Positions 10,953 to 19,562 of a stretch of 32,000 bases of DNA are shown here, in pieces. The stretch is from an uncultured Candidatus Saccharibacteria bacterium. Lineage in GTDB: Bacteria; Patescibacteriota; UBA1384; XYA2-FULL-43-10; 1-14-0-10-43-13. The stretch is taken from assembly GCA_964543385.1 (NCBI GenBank), contig CAZIYE010000001.1:270001-302000 (forward strand). The letters are read 5' to 3'. The notes under the pieces are model-generated. The model made no database searches and was not told the origin of the DNA. It saw only the letters and a list, made by a program, of their open reading frames with translations. How positions within the stretch are numbered: position 1 is the first letter of the stretch; the number at the start of each line of letters is the position of its first letter. The position numbers were made by a program, and so were the translations under genes.

Positions 10953-12452
10953 TCAATTTTTACTCTTTAAAATAAATTCAACATTTGGCACGACAGTACC
11001 TTGATAATTAATAGTAACCACTTTTTGTGTGCTATCTGCTGGCATGTAAACCGGGTTCTGTGGCTCGACAGCTGATGATGTCCATGTGTATCCATTTCTT
11101 TGCCAATTAACTAAATTCATTGTAAGAAATTTAGGTAATACTGATAATAATTCCTGTGCAACTTGATTTTTGATCGTCTTGGCATATTCCTGGGCAAAAA
11201 ATTTCGAAGCACTATTTATTTGATCCTGAATCGCAACTAACTCGCTCTGTCCAAGAAGAAGTTGCTGCTTAGCATCAACAATCGCTTGATTGACAGAAGT
11301 TAAATTTAGATCACTTAAGCTTACAGCTCTCCTTGTCCCGGTGATATTTGTCGGGAGTTTATTTGTAATCTCGTCGATGGAGCTCCCGCTTGCATTGATC
11401 GCCTTGATCAAATCATTTTTACTTGTTGCAACAGCTGATGCTGATCTCGAAACAGGTTGACTGGCTAAAATCTTCGATAGCAAAGTTTCCTTAAACAATC
11501 CCAGTTTAATATCATCAGAGCCGATACTATTGGCATTTGTATTATCATTAATTAACTTGGACAAATAGATATTCGTGTTATCGTTTTGAACAATATTACC
11601 AAAGACTTGAGTATTCGCTAAAATTGTTGATGCATAATCATTTATAAGGGAGTTTTTGACCTCATCAATCGTTGTGTTATTTTTACTAAGCAATGTAGAG
11701 AAATTAACAATATCGGCCTTTGTTAACTTTATAGGAATCTGATTTGCGCTATTTAAAGTCGCTAAAGTATAGTTAGCAAACCCATCAGCCATCGACGTTC
11801 CGCCTAATTCACTAACTAAATCGATCAAATGTTTTTTCTTATCTGGATCAATTTCACAATTATGAAGAGTATTTGTTGTTACAGAACCAACCGTAAAATC
11901 ATCTTTGATCTTGGATTGACAATTTTTAAACCTAGTAATTTCTTCTCGAATAGGGCTATCACTCACACCACCTAGTGCGCTAACACTGTAATAATCCGAC
12001 GCAAACTTCAACAATTTAGTAGTCAGATTATTGAACTTAACTTCTCTTGGAGACATCAAAAATATCGCGTTTTTGTCTGTACTGTCATAATATGAATACG
12101 TCTGGTCTTTATTTTGGCATTTTGAAACTTTAAATATAAGCTTTACAGTCCAACAATCTCTAGAATAACCGTAGTTGGTCACTTTTACTGGGATGTAACC
12201 GCTAATAGCTGTCCCCCTAAGCGTATTAGTGGCGCCACGATTATCCGATGCCGTTCTTCTATTAGCGGCTGGTAACTTATTAGGCAAACCCGTAATCGGT
12301 TTTTGTAATGTAAATTGGATTTTGGTTGAATTTTGAGAACCATTTGTATCTGCCGAAACACCTCTTTTCAACATTGATCTCATCGCTAAAGTACCAACAG
12401 TACCAGAAAACAATAGCCAAGCTACTGCTATAATAACCATTCTTTTCGGCAT
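10953..12452 (-). CDS. large predicted exported/surface protein, 499 aa
   Basis: N-terminal hydrophobic segment, then a long Asn/Ser/Thr-rich sequence; SD-like GAGG upstream. Confidence 0.6.
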   Translation of the reverse strand: MPKRMVIIAVAWLLFSGTVGTLAMRSMLKRGVSADTNGSQNSTKIQFTLQKPITGLPNKLPAANRRTASDNRGATNTLRGTAISGYIPVKVTNYGYSRDCWTVKLIFKVSKCQNKDQTYSYYDSTDKNAIFLMSPREVKFNNLTTKLLKFASDYYSVSALGGVSDSPIREEITRFKNCQSKIKDDFTVGSVTTNTLHNCEIDPDKKKHLIDLVSELGGTSMADGFANYTLATLNSANQIPIKLTKADIVNFSTLLSKNNTTIDEVKNSLINDYASTILANTQVFGNIVQNDNTNIYLSKLINDNTNANSIGSDDIKLGLFKETLLSKILASQPVSRSASAVATSKNDLIKAINASGSSIDEITNKLPTNITGTRRAVSLSDLNLTSVNQAIVDAKQQLLLGQSELVAIQDQINSASKFFAQEYAKTIKNQVAQELLSVLPKFLTMNLVNWQRNGYTWTSSAVEPQNPVYMPADSTQKVVTINYQGTVVPNVEFILKSKN

Positions 12453-12620
12453 CTCAACCTCATTTATAATTAATTAGTTTTATCATATTATAAACCAATA
12501 CACAAAACATGAAAATACTTAGGGGGCGTGTGCGTTTCGGATATTAGAGGAACTCAAAAAACCACGATCACTCCCCTTTTCCCAACCACTTCCCTGTTCA
12601 AATACCCTCTGAAATTCCCC

Positions 12621-12656
12621 AAGAAAAAAGCACCACTTTCGTGATGCTTTTTTCTT
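12621..12656 (-). terminator. Rho-independent terminator
   Basis: AAGAAAAAAGCATCAC GAAA GTGGTGCTTTTTTCTT on the minus strand. Confidence 0.8.
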
Positions 12657-12741
12657 GGTGGAACACGCTCCAACAAGTCGGTAATATAATACTAAATGAC
12701 AAAGCAATGATCTATATTCCGAAGATGAGAATAAGAGAGTT
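12655..12741. repeat. copy A of a ~87-bp imperfect direct repeat
   Basis: Ungapped match, roughly 70% by eye, to 13146-13232, beginning with shared TTGGTGGAAC. Confidence 0.6.
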
Positions 12742-12776
12742 CTTGTAAAGAACATACTACTTATTGAAGTATACGG

Positions 12777-13034
12777 TTAAAGCTTTAAGTTGCCAACAAT
12801 CAGAGCAAGGATAAATAGAATCTCGGCTATGAACCCTATCACTGAAAAAACAATACCAAATATCGCCATTGTCTTCTTTGCGGTCTTCATTCCGCGAATA
12901 GAATAAACCAACCCTGTAACAGATAACAGGATACCAACCGGGCCCAACAAAAAAGAGACTAACCCCATCAGACCAAAGAGTAATCCCCACTCAGAATCGT
13001 ATTGACCACCCTTATTTTTTGTTTTGTTTACCAT
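12777..13034 (-). CDS. small membrane protein (DUF4190-like topology)
   Basis: GLLFGLMGLVSFLLGPVGILLSVTGLVYSIRGMK...GIVFSVIGFIAEILFILALIVG. Confidence 0.6.
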   Translation of the reverse strand: MVNKTKNKGGQYDSEWGLLFGLMGLVSFLLGPVGILLSVTGLVYSIRGMKTAKKTMAIFGIVFSVIGFIAEILFILALIVGNLKL

Positions 13035-13145
13035 AACTACTCTTTTTTACTTATATTTTAATAGTATCAAACCAAACAATTTTATTAAAGTCCTAACACT
13101 ATCTTCGGGTATAATAAAAAAACTAGTCTGGGACTAATCTTCTTA

Positions 13146-13232
13146 TTGGTGGAACGCACTATTGCGAGTCAGAAATATAATACTAAACAGTGAAGAACAG
13201 ATTTATACTCCAAAAATGAGAATTAAATTATT
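13146..13232. repeat. copy B of the ~87-bp imperfect direct repeat
   Basis: See copy A; shared AATATAATACTAAA core. Confidence 0.6.
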
Positions 13233-13503
13233 TAGTTGATCTTCTCTTTTCGAATAGTAGGCTAACCAGAACTACGATTCCAACACCGATCACCCACCAG
13301 ATTAGAATATCGGTCATCAAGTATAAATAATTTACTGATATTTGCCTTCCATCCATCGGAGTGTCCGGGATGAATTTTATTGGATAACCGCTACCGTTAC
13401 CTCTTCCAATAACGATCCCTTCTTTATTCGATGCAGAGCCAGACGTTACAATAAAAATAATTAGTCCAACAAAAAAGCCATAAATTATCTTGTTCAGCTT
13501 TAT
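13228..13503 (-). CDS. small membrane protein, 91 aa, putative ATA start
   Basis: AAAAGGAGG-TCATT-ATA-AAG-CTG... open to TAA: [M]KLNKIIYGFFVGLIIFIVTSGSASNKEGIVIGRG...ILIWWVIGVGIVVLVSLLFEKRRSTK. No ATG/GTG/TTG fits the SD. Confidence 0.6.
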   Translation of the reverse strand: MKLNKIIYGFFVGLIIFIVTSGSASNKEGIVIGRGNGSGYPIKFIPDTPMDGRQISVNYLYLMTDILIWWVIGVGIVVLVSLLFEKRRSTK

Positions 13504-13587
13504 AATGACCTCCTTTTTTAACTATTATACTATTCATAGTCCAAGCCAACAATAGCACCACATAAAGGCGATTTAGTTGAGTAAATT

Positions 13588-13620
13588 AAAAATTATCTAG
13601 TATTAAACTAGATAATTTTT
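13588..13620 (-). terminator. terminator after tRNA-Ala
   Basis: AAAAATTATCTAGT-ATTAA-ACTAGATAATTTTT, 14-bp perfect stem. Confidence 0.8.
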
Positions 13621-13622
13621 AT

Positions 13623-13698
13623 TGGTGGACCCTAGGGGATTCGAACTCCTGACCTCCTCAGTGCAAATGAGGCGCTCTACCAACTAAGCTAAGGGCCC
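13623..13698 (-). tRNA. tRNA-Ala(TGC), CCA encoded
   Basis: GGGCCCTTAGCTTAGTTGGTAGAGCGCCTCATTTGCACTGAGGAGGTCAGGAGTTCGAATCCCCTAGGGTCCACCA; anticodon loop TTTGCAC. Confidence 0.96.
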
Positions 13699-13759
13699 AT
13701 AAACTGTAAAATGGACTATAAGTATAGTACTACAAATCACAGTTTTTTTCAAGATATGT

Positions 13760-14200
13760 TTAATTCGGACTATAAAGACTTGGTTCTCTCGGTTCTGTCT
13801 CTTCGCCCCCTTTGTTTGTTTTTGCGATCAGTTCGTCAGAGATAGCCCGCTCCTCCGGTGTCATGTTTTTTGCCCTCTCTCTTAACTCGCCGACATCAAC
13901 TGGCGGAAATTGAGGTGTATTCTCTCTATATTCTTTCAGCGCTTCTTCCATGCCATCCATAGCCAAAAAATCCACTTCCGATAAGCCGTCTTCTCCGTCG
14001 CTGCCCCGTTTTAAACCACGACCAGCGATCTCTTTCATCACCGAATCTGTGAAGTCTGAGGGTAGTGGCGGGACTAGCAAGTCTGGTATCATTGCTTTTG
14101 CTACTTCAACGACTCGATCATCCTCATCAACCTCTGGAAGAGATTTTAATCCGTGAAAATCCCCATTATCGTCAGATATTTGTTCTTCGTCCTGATCCAT
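13760..14200 (-). CDS. acidic hypothetical protein, 146 aa
   Basis: ORF with GGGAG SD before ATG; no recognised domain. Confidence 0.55.
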   Translation of the reverse strand: MDQDEEQISDDNGDFHGLKSLPEVDEDDRVVEVAKAMIPDLLVPPLPSDFTDSVMKEIAGRGLKRGSDGEDGLSEVDFLAMDGMEEALKEYRENTPQFPPVDVGELRERAKNMTPEERAISDELIAKTNKGGEETEPREPSLYSPN

Positions 14201-14208
14201 AATTCTCC

Positions 14209-14403
14209 CTAGAAATTAAATAATGCGTAGAAACCAAAAATAATAAAGCCGACACCAGCGATCTTCCAAAATATATATGTACCTGTCGGTCCCCATAGCT
14301 TATCAGCAAAATCAATACGGGTAACGTTGTCCGCCAACCACTTACTATAACGAATACTAACAAATCCCCCTATTATTCCTCCGACAAACCATAACCAATT
14401 CAT
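14209..14403 (-). CDS. small membrane protein, 64 aa
   Basis: MNWLWFVGGIIGGFVSIRYSKWL...IAGVGFIIFGFYALFNF. Confidence 0.5.
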   Translation of the reverse strand: MNWLWFVGGIIGGFVSIRYSKWLADNVTRIDFADKLWGPTGTYIFWKIAGVGFIIFGFYALFNF

Positions 14404-14434
14404 AAAAATCCATTCATTTAATTAATTACTTATT

Positions 14435-15778
14435 TTATTCTTGTCGCCAATTTAAAACAGTATAATTTCCAGTAGTAGGAAACTGAGGTGGCGGTGAAAG
14501 TGTCAGATAGGGATCATAGGTCTGATTTGTTGACCTATATCCGCTAGTCACCGTCGTTCCACTTACCCAGCTCCAAGTCCACGTCAAATTTGATGCGATA
14601 GAGCCATAAACCGAGATACTGTCTTTAACATAACCATTCGCCTGCGGAAACCACACGTGACCTTTTTGTGCAAGCAATGCAGCATTTATTTCAAGATCAT
14701 TAGCAGCATAAGATGGAACGACAATATCTCCTTGAGATATAAGTCCGATACTGGCAGTACCGTCTTTAGCAGAATAAAGCAGATTATCTTTTATGGCAAT
14801 TTTAGCCGTCTGATTACCATGAGAAGACTCTGCTGCAATTGTTATTTTCCCATTATAAGTTCCATCTACCCATACATTATCGCTAACATATACGATACCA
14901 TTTTCTGGCAGATCATGAGTCGAGAGAAGACTCGTTGTTATACCTGTGTTTCTCTCTCTGGTTACCTTGTGGACCTCAATATTTGAATTATTCAATTTCA
15001 GATAATACCCCAGACTATTAGAAGGATCTAAATAAATACCATCCTGCTGAGCTTCAATCTTAATATTATTCAGATCAACAGAGACTCGGTTAAAATCTAC
15101 TGGCGGTACAGGAAAAACCCAAAACCCTATTGGTCCCCCATTACCCCAAACTCCATCATGATATTGCCCGTCTCCGCCAAAGTTATTTGACGGCTTATAA
15201 GTTTTCGAAGAGGAAGAGATAATTCCGTTACCCACACCATCAAAATGAACTCCGATATTAGAATGAACAGGACCGTTCGTCGCTTCGTCTGACCCAAACC
15301 AACATTCAGTATTTGTGACAAAAGAATATCGAGCAAATGATGGCATTCCGATATCTGCAACTACCACACTTTCTGATTTGGCATTTTGAAGCTTACCAAT
15401 TGATTTTACTTTTACAACCGCTTCCCCTTGGAGCGGTGGCGTAATATAAAGACTGTAAGTGCCGATAACCTCACCCTTGAAATTCTTATATTCATGAGTA
15501 AAAGGGCCAAATGATGGGCCGCTACCGCATGAACCACCATCACAGTAATCAGTATTGTCATGAGAAAGATGCCACATATAATAATTCACACCAGCCTCGG
15601 CAACTTCAAGCGATGAAATCACTTTTTCATGATATGCTGCCCTCTTTACATTGGCCATTGCTATTCCCACCAAAGCAGATGCGAATGCAATAAACAAAAC
15701 AGACGCAAGAAGTATCCCAGGCAGATAGGAACCTTTTCTATATTTACAAAATCTAATTTTTTTAAAGATAGTCATCAT
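14435..15778 (-). CDS. PilX-like pilus assembly/minor pilin protein
   Basis: N-terminus KGSYLPGILLASVLFIAFASALVGIAMANVKRAAYHEKVISSLEVAEAGVNYYMW; overlaps the upstream gene by ATGA. Confidence 0.7.
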   Translation of the reverse strand: MMTIFKKIRFCKYRKGSYLPGILLASVLFIAFASALVGIAMANVKRAAYHEKVISSLEVAEAGVNYYMWHLSHDNTDYCDGGSCGSGPSFGPFTHEYKNFKGEVIGTYSLYITPPLQGEAVVKVKSIGKLQNAKSESVVVADIGMPSFARYSFVTNTECWFGSDEATNGPVHSNIGVHFDGVGNGIISSSSKTYKPSNNFGGDGQYHDGVWGNGGPIGFWVFPVPPVDFNRVSVDLNNIKIEAQQDGIYLDPSNSLGYYLKLNNSNIEVHKVTRERNTGITTSLLSTHDLPENGIVYVSDNVWVDGTYNGKITIAAESSHGNQTAKIAIKDNLLYSAKDGTASIGLISQGDIVVPSYAANDLEINAALLAQKGHVWFPQANGYVKDSISVYGSIASNLTWTWSWVSGTTVTSGYRSTNQTYDPYLTLSPPPQFPTTGNYTVLNWRQE

Positions 15779-16359
15779 AAATTATTTTTTAGGTTTCTCA
15801 ATTGTACAGCTGTCGATTGCTCTGCAGACTCAGGGGATGCATTAATATCATTATCAATTTCTATCGACATCTTTATTAATCTTACAACATCATTTTGAAT
15901 TGGAAACTCTAGTTCGCTATTAGCATCATTATAATACTTGAACAAATTTACAGAAATCACATTTTCGGCAATCTTTTTGATTTCTTTTTGAGAATCCGGA
16001 TAAATAAAAGTATTTTCTGCAATTATAGGAGAAATGCTATAACGATATAGACTGTTGCCATCTAAATAATAGCTAATTTTACTCGGCGCGGGATTAGTAT
16101 CCCCTTTCAAATACGAATAAAAAGTTAAATTATTGGAATTAGCCGATATAATTGCTGTTGTGCCCCTAGACATCTTTTCAAAATCCCTAGCAGCTATCGC
16201 CGCTTGTTCATTTAAAGCAATGCGCTTTGTTCCGAGACGATATTGCTTGTTTCCACTGGTATAAAGGGATGCTATTATTAAGCCCAAGATACCGACTAAC
16301 ACTACAGTTACTATCATCTCCATAAGAGAAAAACCATTTTTTTTATCTGTCATTGTCAT
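15775..16359 (-). CDS. type IV prepilin / PulJ-GspJ-like protein
   Basis: MTMTDKKNG|FSLMEMIVTVVLVGILGLIIASLY N-terminal class III signal. Confidence 0.85.
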   Translation of the reverse strand: MTMTDKKNGFSLMEMIVTVVLVGILGLIIASLYTSGNKQYRLGTKRIALNEQAAIAARDFEKMSRGTTAIISANSNNLTFYSYLKGDTNPAPSKISYYLDGNSLYRYSISPIIAENTFIYPDSQKEIKKIAENVISVNLFKYYNDANSELEFPIQNDVVRLIKMSIEIDNDINASPESAEQSTAVQLRNLKNNL

Positions 16360-16361
16360 AT

Positions 16362-17738
16362 TTAAGGATTTATTATATTGAAACCGTTTGCTTGGGATAC
16401 AAATTCGCCATTAATATTAGTAACAACGATGTGATAAAGTCCAGCTTCTGTACCAACAAGATTGAAATCTGCCACTATCTGATTATGTTGAGAAACCTCA
16501 ATATTTGTACCGATTATTTCAGCGCCCGTACTACTGTTCACAATCTTTATGTTTGCGCCATTATCAAAATTATTTCCATCAACCGTTATTGAAATATTAT
16601 CGCCAACTGTTCCATTAGAAGGTAATGAATTATAAATAACAGGATTAGAACCAGAAGAAGAAAGCGTAGCCAAGACAACTAAATTTACCTCCGGAGTCAG
16701 TCTTATTGGTTGAGCAGGTGAGGTAGATATTAGATTCATTTCTGAAACATTCTTTATTTTATAGTCATCAAACTCAAGATTTGGAATTCTAATATATCCC
16801 TGAGCGTCAGTTGTGAATATTTGTGAATATTTGAAAGTGTCTGGATTATTGTAAATCATCTTACTGCCCTCTAACGTAAAGCCAATGTTTGGGACGGGAC
16901 TTCCAGATTGATCCCTAAATGTTATTTCCATAACTGAAAGTTTATCTATTACTAAAGTAACGCCAGTAACCTGTTGTACGATAATATCCACATCCGGCTC
17001 TAGAGCATTAGGATTTTGTGATGTCCTAGGATAAGTCTGCGAAGTTGAATACCCATTCTTAGTAACAACAATATGATAATTATTATGTTGATCTGGCGGT
17101 AACTTTGGAATTAAAAGACAGCCATCATCTCCCGTAGTCATTGAAATATCAATCTGCGGAACCAAAACAAGGTTTTCTACACGCACATCAGCACCAGATA
17201 CAGGATTACCCAAATTATCAATTACACAAAAGTTTAATATTCCCGTATCGCTTGGGGTTTCAGCAGCCTTTGCAGAAACGTTTGTCACAAGTTTTGCAAG
17301 CTGACTATTCCTGCCTTTCTTGCCGACCGTTATCTCTACTTTTTTATAATCATATGGATAAAGGTCTTGTGGTTTCCCGGCAATATTGCCAGCTGCGTTA
17401 CCATCAAAAGGATCATCAACATAGCTAATTACTGTATGCACGTTAAAAGCAGTGCCGTTTCTATTTACGGACTCGTCATCAAGAATGTTACCCTGTGGGT
17501 ATATCGATCCATGTTGTGTTGATAGATCATCATAGGGCATATTGCGAATCATTTCCATTCGCTCATTTGACAAGGTCACCGCCACCATCTTTGCTTTTGC
17601 CAAGTTTATCGATTTAAAGGCAGCTGCATATCCAGAGACTATAGCGACTGCCACCATCGAAACAATCATAAAATCGATCAACACTTCGATGAGCGTAAAT
17701 CCCTGTTTCGTTTTTAGATCTTTACTGGAAAATATTAT
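16362..17738 (-). CDS. type IV prepilin-like protein with Ig-like and TIG/IPT-like repeats; ATA start proposed
   Basis: AGGAGG-GGCTA-ATA-ATA-TTT... reads xIFSSKDLKTKQG|FTLIEVLIDFMIVSMVAVAIVSGYAAA. The track start (GTG 17684) lies inside the pilin motif. C-terminal NPVIYNSLPSNGTVGDNISITVDGNNF. Confidence 0.8.
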   Translation of the reverse strand: MIFSSKDLKTKQGFTLIEVLIDFMIVSMVAVAIVSGYAAAFKSINLAKAKMVAVTLSNERMEMIRNMPYDDLSTQHGSIYPQGNILDDESVNRNGTAFNVHTVISYVDDPFDGNAAGNIAGKPQDLYPYDYKKVEITVGKKGRNSQLAKLVTNVSAKAAETPSDTGILNFCVIDNLGNPVSGADVRVENLVLVPQIDISMTTGDDGCLLIPKLPPDQHNNYHIVVTKNGYSTSQTYPRTSQNPNALEPDVDIIVQQVTGVTLVIDKLSVMEITFRDQSGSPVPNIGFTLEGSKMIYNNPDTFKYSQIFTTDAQGYIRIPNLEFDDYKIKNVSEMNLISTSPAQPIRLTPEVNLVVLATLSSSGSNPVIYNSLPSNGTVGDNISITVDGNNFDNGANIKIVNSSTGAEIIGTNIEVSQHNQIVADFNLVGTEAGLYHIVVTNINGEFVSQANGFNIINP

Positions 17739-17831
17739 TAGCCCCTCCTGACTAATATTAAAGTATTCAAGGTTATTTTATCACGAATGAATAGCACATA
17801 GAAGCACTAATATATAGAAAATAATTTTGGT

Positions 17832-17859
17832 CCGGCCGCTACTAGTAAGCAGAGGCCGG
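17832..17859. terminator. GC-rich hairpin downstream of 17886-18401
   Basis: ccggcc ... ggccgg. Confidence 0.4.
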
Positions 17860-17885
17860 GATATGACGCGAGAAAGCTCAAATAT

Positions 17886-18401
17886 CTATGGGGTCTGTTC
17901 CCCCATGAAATATTGGAGTCCACTCTCGTCGAGGGGAACGGCCACCTCCATCTTGCACAGTACCGTTGTGTTGCCAGAGTCAGACCGGCTGGTAAAGGCC
18001 GGCATCAGGTCAATGACATGGTAGGCTGCTCGTGATACCGGAATGGCTTTCGCCATCTCGATAGCACGATCGAGGTTGGCATGGGCCTGCGGACAACGCA
18101 GACACAAGGATTCGAGGTACCCCTCAGGAAATGGCTCATCACGTCGAGCGTGATAGAGAATCACCTCCAGAAAGGGTGTCCACGGGCCGCTGGACGGCTC
18201 ATGTTTTGTTGTGCGCTGAACCGTACGAAGGGCAATACCACCGTCATCTCGGTCACGGTCATTGTCGGAAACAACAATGAAGGTTTCAGCCTTCTTTGTT
18301 TTTCGCAATACCGGACAATTGATGCAGTTAATGTTTCCTTCATCACGGCGAGTCAGACATATGGATTCTACCCCAGGTAGATCCAACGCCGATGTAGACA
18401 T
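17886..18401 (-). CDS. hypothetical protein with paired CxxC motifs, 171 aa
   Basis: NCINCPVLRKTKK...CLRCPQAHANLDRAI; SD AAGGGGG upstream. Confidence 0.5.
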   Translation of the reverse strand: MSTSALDLPGVESICLTRRDEGNINCINCPVLRKTKKAETFIVVSDNDRDRDDGGIALRTVQRTTKHEPSSGPWTPFLEVILYHARRDEPFPEGYLESLCLRCPQAHANLDRAIEMAKAIPVSRAAYHVIDLMPAFTSRSDSGNTTVLCKMEVAVPLDESGLQYFMGEQTP

Positions 18402-18483
18402 AACTACCCCCTTAGCACATAGTTCTGCGGCAATACTACCAAATTAATATTGATAAGAAAAGCTTTGGAGATAGCTGCTGTTT

Positions 18484-19506
18484 CTATTTTATCTTATGAT
18501 TTGCAAAAGGATCACGGATCTTAATCACCCCAGCCTTCACATCTCCAATTCCGACATATAGATCAGCAGTACCATCTTTATTCCTGTGCAATCCCCCACT
18601 AAAAATAATTTTTCCTAGATCGTTTTTCTTTGGTGCTACGGGTGGAAATTCATCTGCAGTTGTTAATATTTCCATATGAGTATGATTTTTTGTTTTTGGA
18701 TCAAAAATAAAAGCCATAGCATAATAATGTCGTACATCTCCATCAAAATGTGCGATATGGCCCAAAACACCTATTCTGCCACCATCTAGCAAATGCAGCT
18801 CATTTACTCCTCCCCACTCATCATCATGAAATTGATTTTCTATGATTCTCGCCTTCGGAATAGCATCTTCAAGTTGGTCAAGATTTTCTATCTCTATGTA
18901 TCCAATTTTTCCAAGACCAGCATTGTTGCCTTGTGGACGGGTAAATACACCTATCTTGCCACTATTCAGACCTATAAGCCTTATATCCTTCATACCCTTT
19001 GAACCTTTTGCGAAAGGTTCAATGACAAAACCATCCTTGTTAAATAACTCCAATAAAGTTTTTTTATATCTATAAAAATAAGTTTGATAGTAAGCTATTT
19101 TCCCGTCTTCTTGATGGATATGTACTCCACCAACTATATTGTATCCCTGAATATCTTCATTATAAAAAGGATCTTGGAGACCTAATACAGGAGCCTCATC
19201 AACTAGTCTCCAAACATTACCGCTCTCTTCAAAAAACATTATTTTTGAATCTTCCGAGTTTAAAGGCTCTACTCTCCCGAACAAATACCTTTTTGAGTCA
19301 GATATAATAGGTTTTGTAATATTATAAATTGATATGTTGGTTGCTTCCAAATGTGTGTCAAAATGTTTCTTTAATATTTGTGGACTCTCCTCAATATCAA
19401 AAGATAGCAACTCTCCCTTGTCTAATTTACGGTTTCTATTGGCATCATAATAAATTGCTAGAAGTTCATTTGCGCTCTTTGCTTTTGCCTGATCATATTT
19501 TTTCAT
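18484..19506 (-). CDS. DUF1861-like / beta-propeller glycoside phosphorylase-like protein
   Basis: GGVHIHQEDGKIAYYQTYFYR; FTRPQG..AGLGKIGYIEI; DEWGGVNELHLLDGGRIGVLGHIAHFD; FSGGLHR..DG.ADLYVGIGD. Confidence 0.7.
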   Translation of the reverse strand: MKKYDQAKAKSANELLAIYYDANRNRKLDKGELLSFDIEESPQILKKHFDTHLEATNISIYNITKPIISDSKRYLFGRVEPLNSEDSKIMFFEESGNVWRLVDEAPVLGLQDPFYNEDIQGYNIVGGVHIHQEDGKIAYYQTYFYRYKKTLLELFNKDGFVIEPFAKGSKGMKDIRLIGLNSGKIGVFTRPQGNNAGLGKIGYIEIENLDQLEDAIPKARIIENQFHDDEWGGVNELHLLDGGRIGVLGHIAHFDGDVRHYYAMAFIFDPKTKNHTHMEILTTADEFPPVAPKKNDLGKIIFSGGLHRNKDGTADLYVGIGDVKAGVIKIRDPFANHKIK

Positions 19507-19562
19507 ACTAAGTGTAGTATAGAAAAAATACTCCCCTTTTCAAGCAAAATAGCTTTTTTGCA

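Noticed and set aside
12519-12755. ORF MFFTRTLLFSSSEYRSLL...
   Set aside because: It spans a Rho-independent terminator and the repeat element, with no supporting SD; likely spurious.
12757-12990. ORF MGITLWSDGVSLFF...
   Set aside because: Out of frame inside the better-supported 12777-13034 membrane protein gene.
12655-13155. tRNA-like 3' ends (GTTCCACCA) in the two repeat copies
   Set aside because: No T-arm, anticodon arm or matching 5' acceptor strand could be found upstream.
15127-15898. ORFs opposite the pilin cluster (15127-15360, 15511-15693, 15629-15898)
   Set aside because: They overlap the well-supported PilX-like or prepilin frames and lack family signatures.
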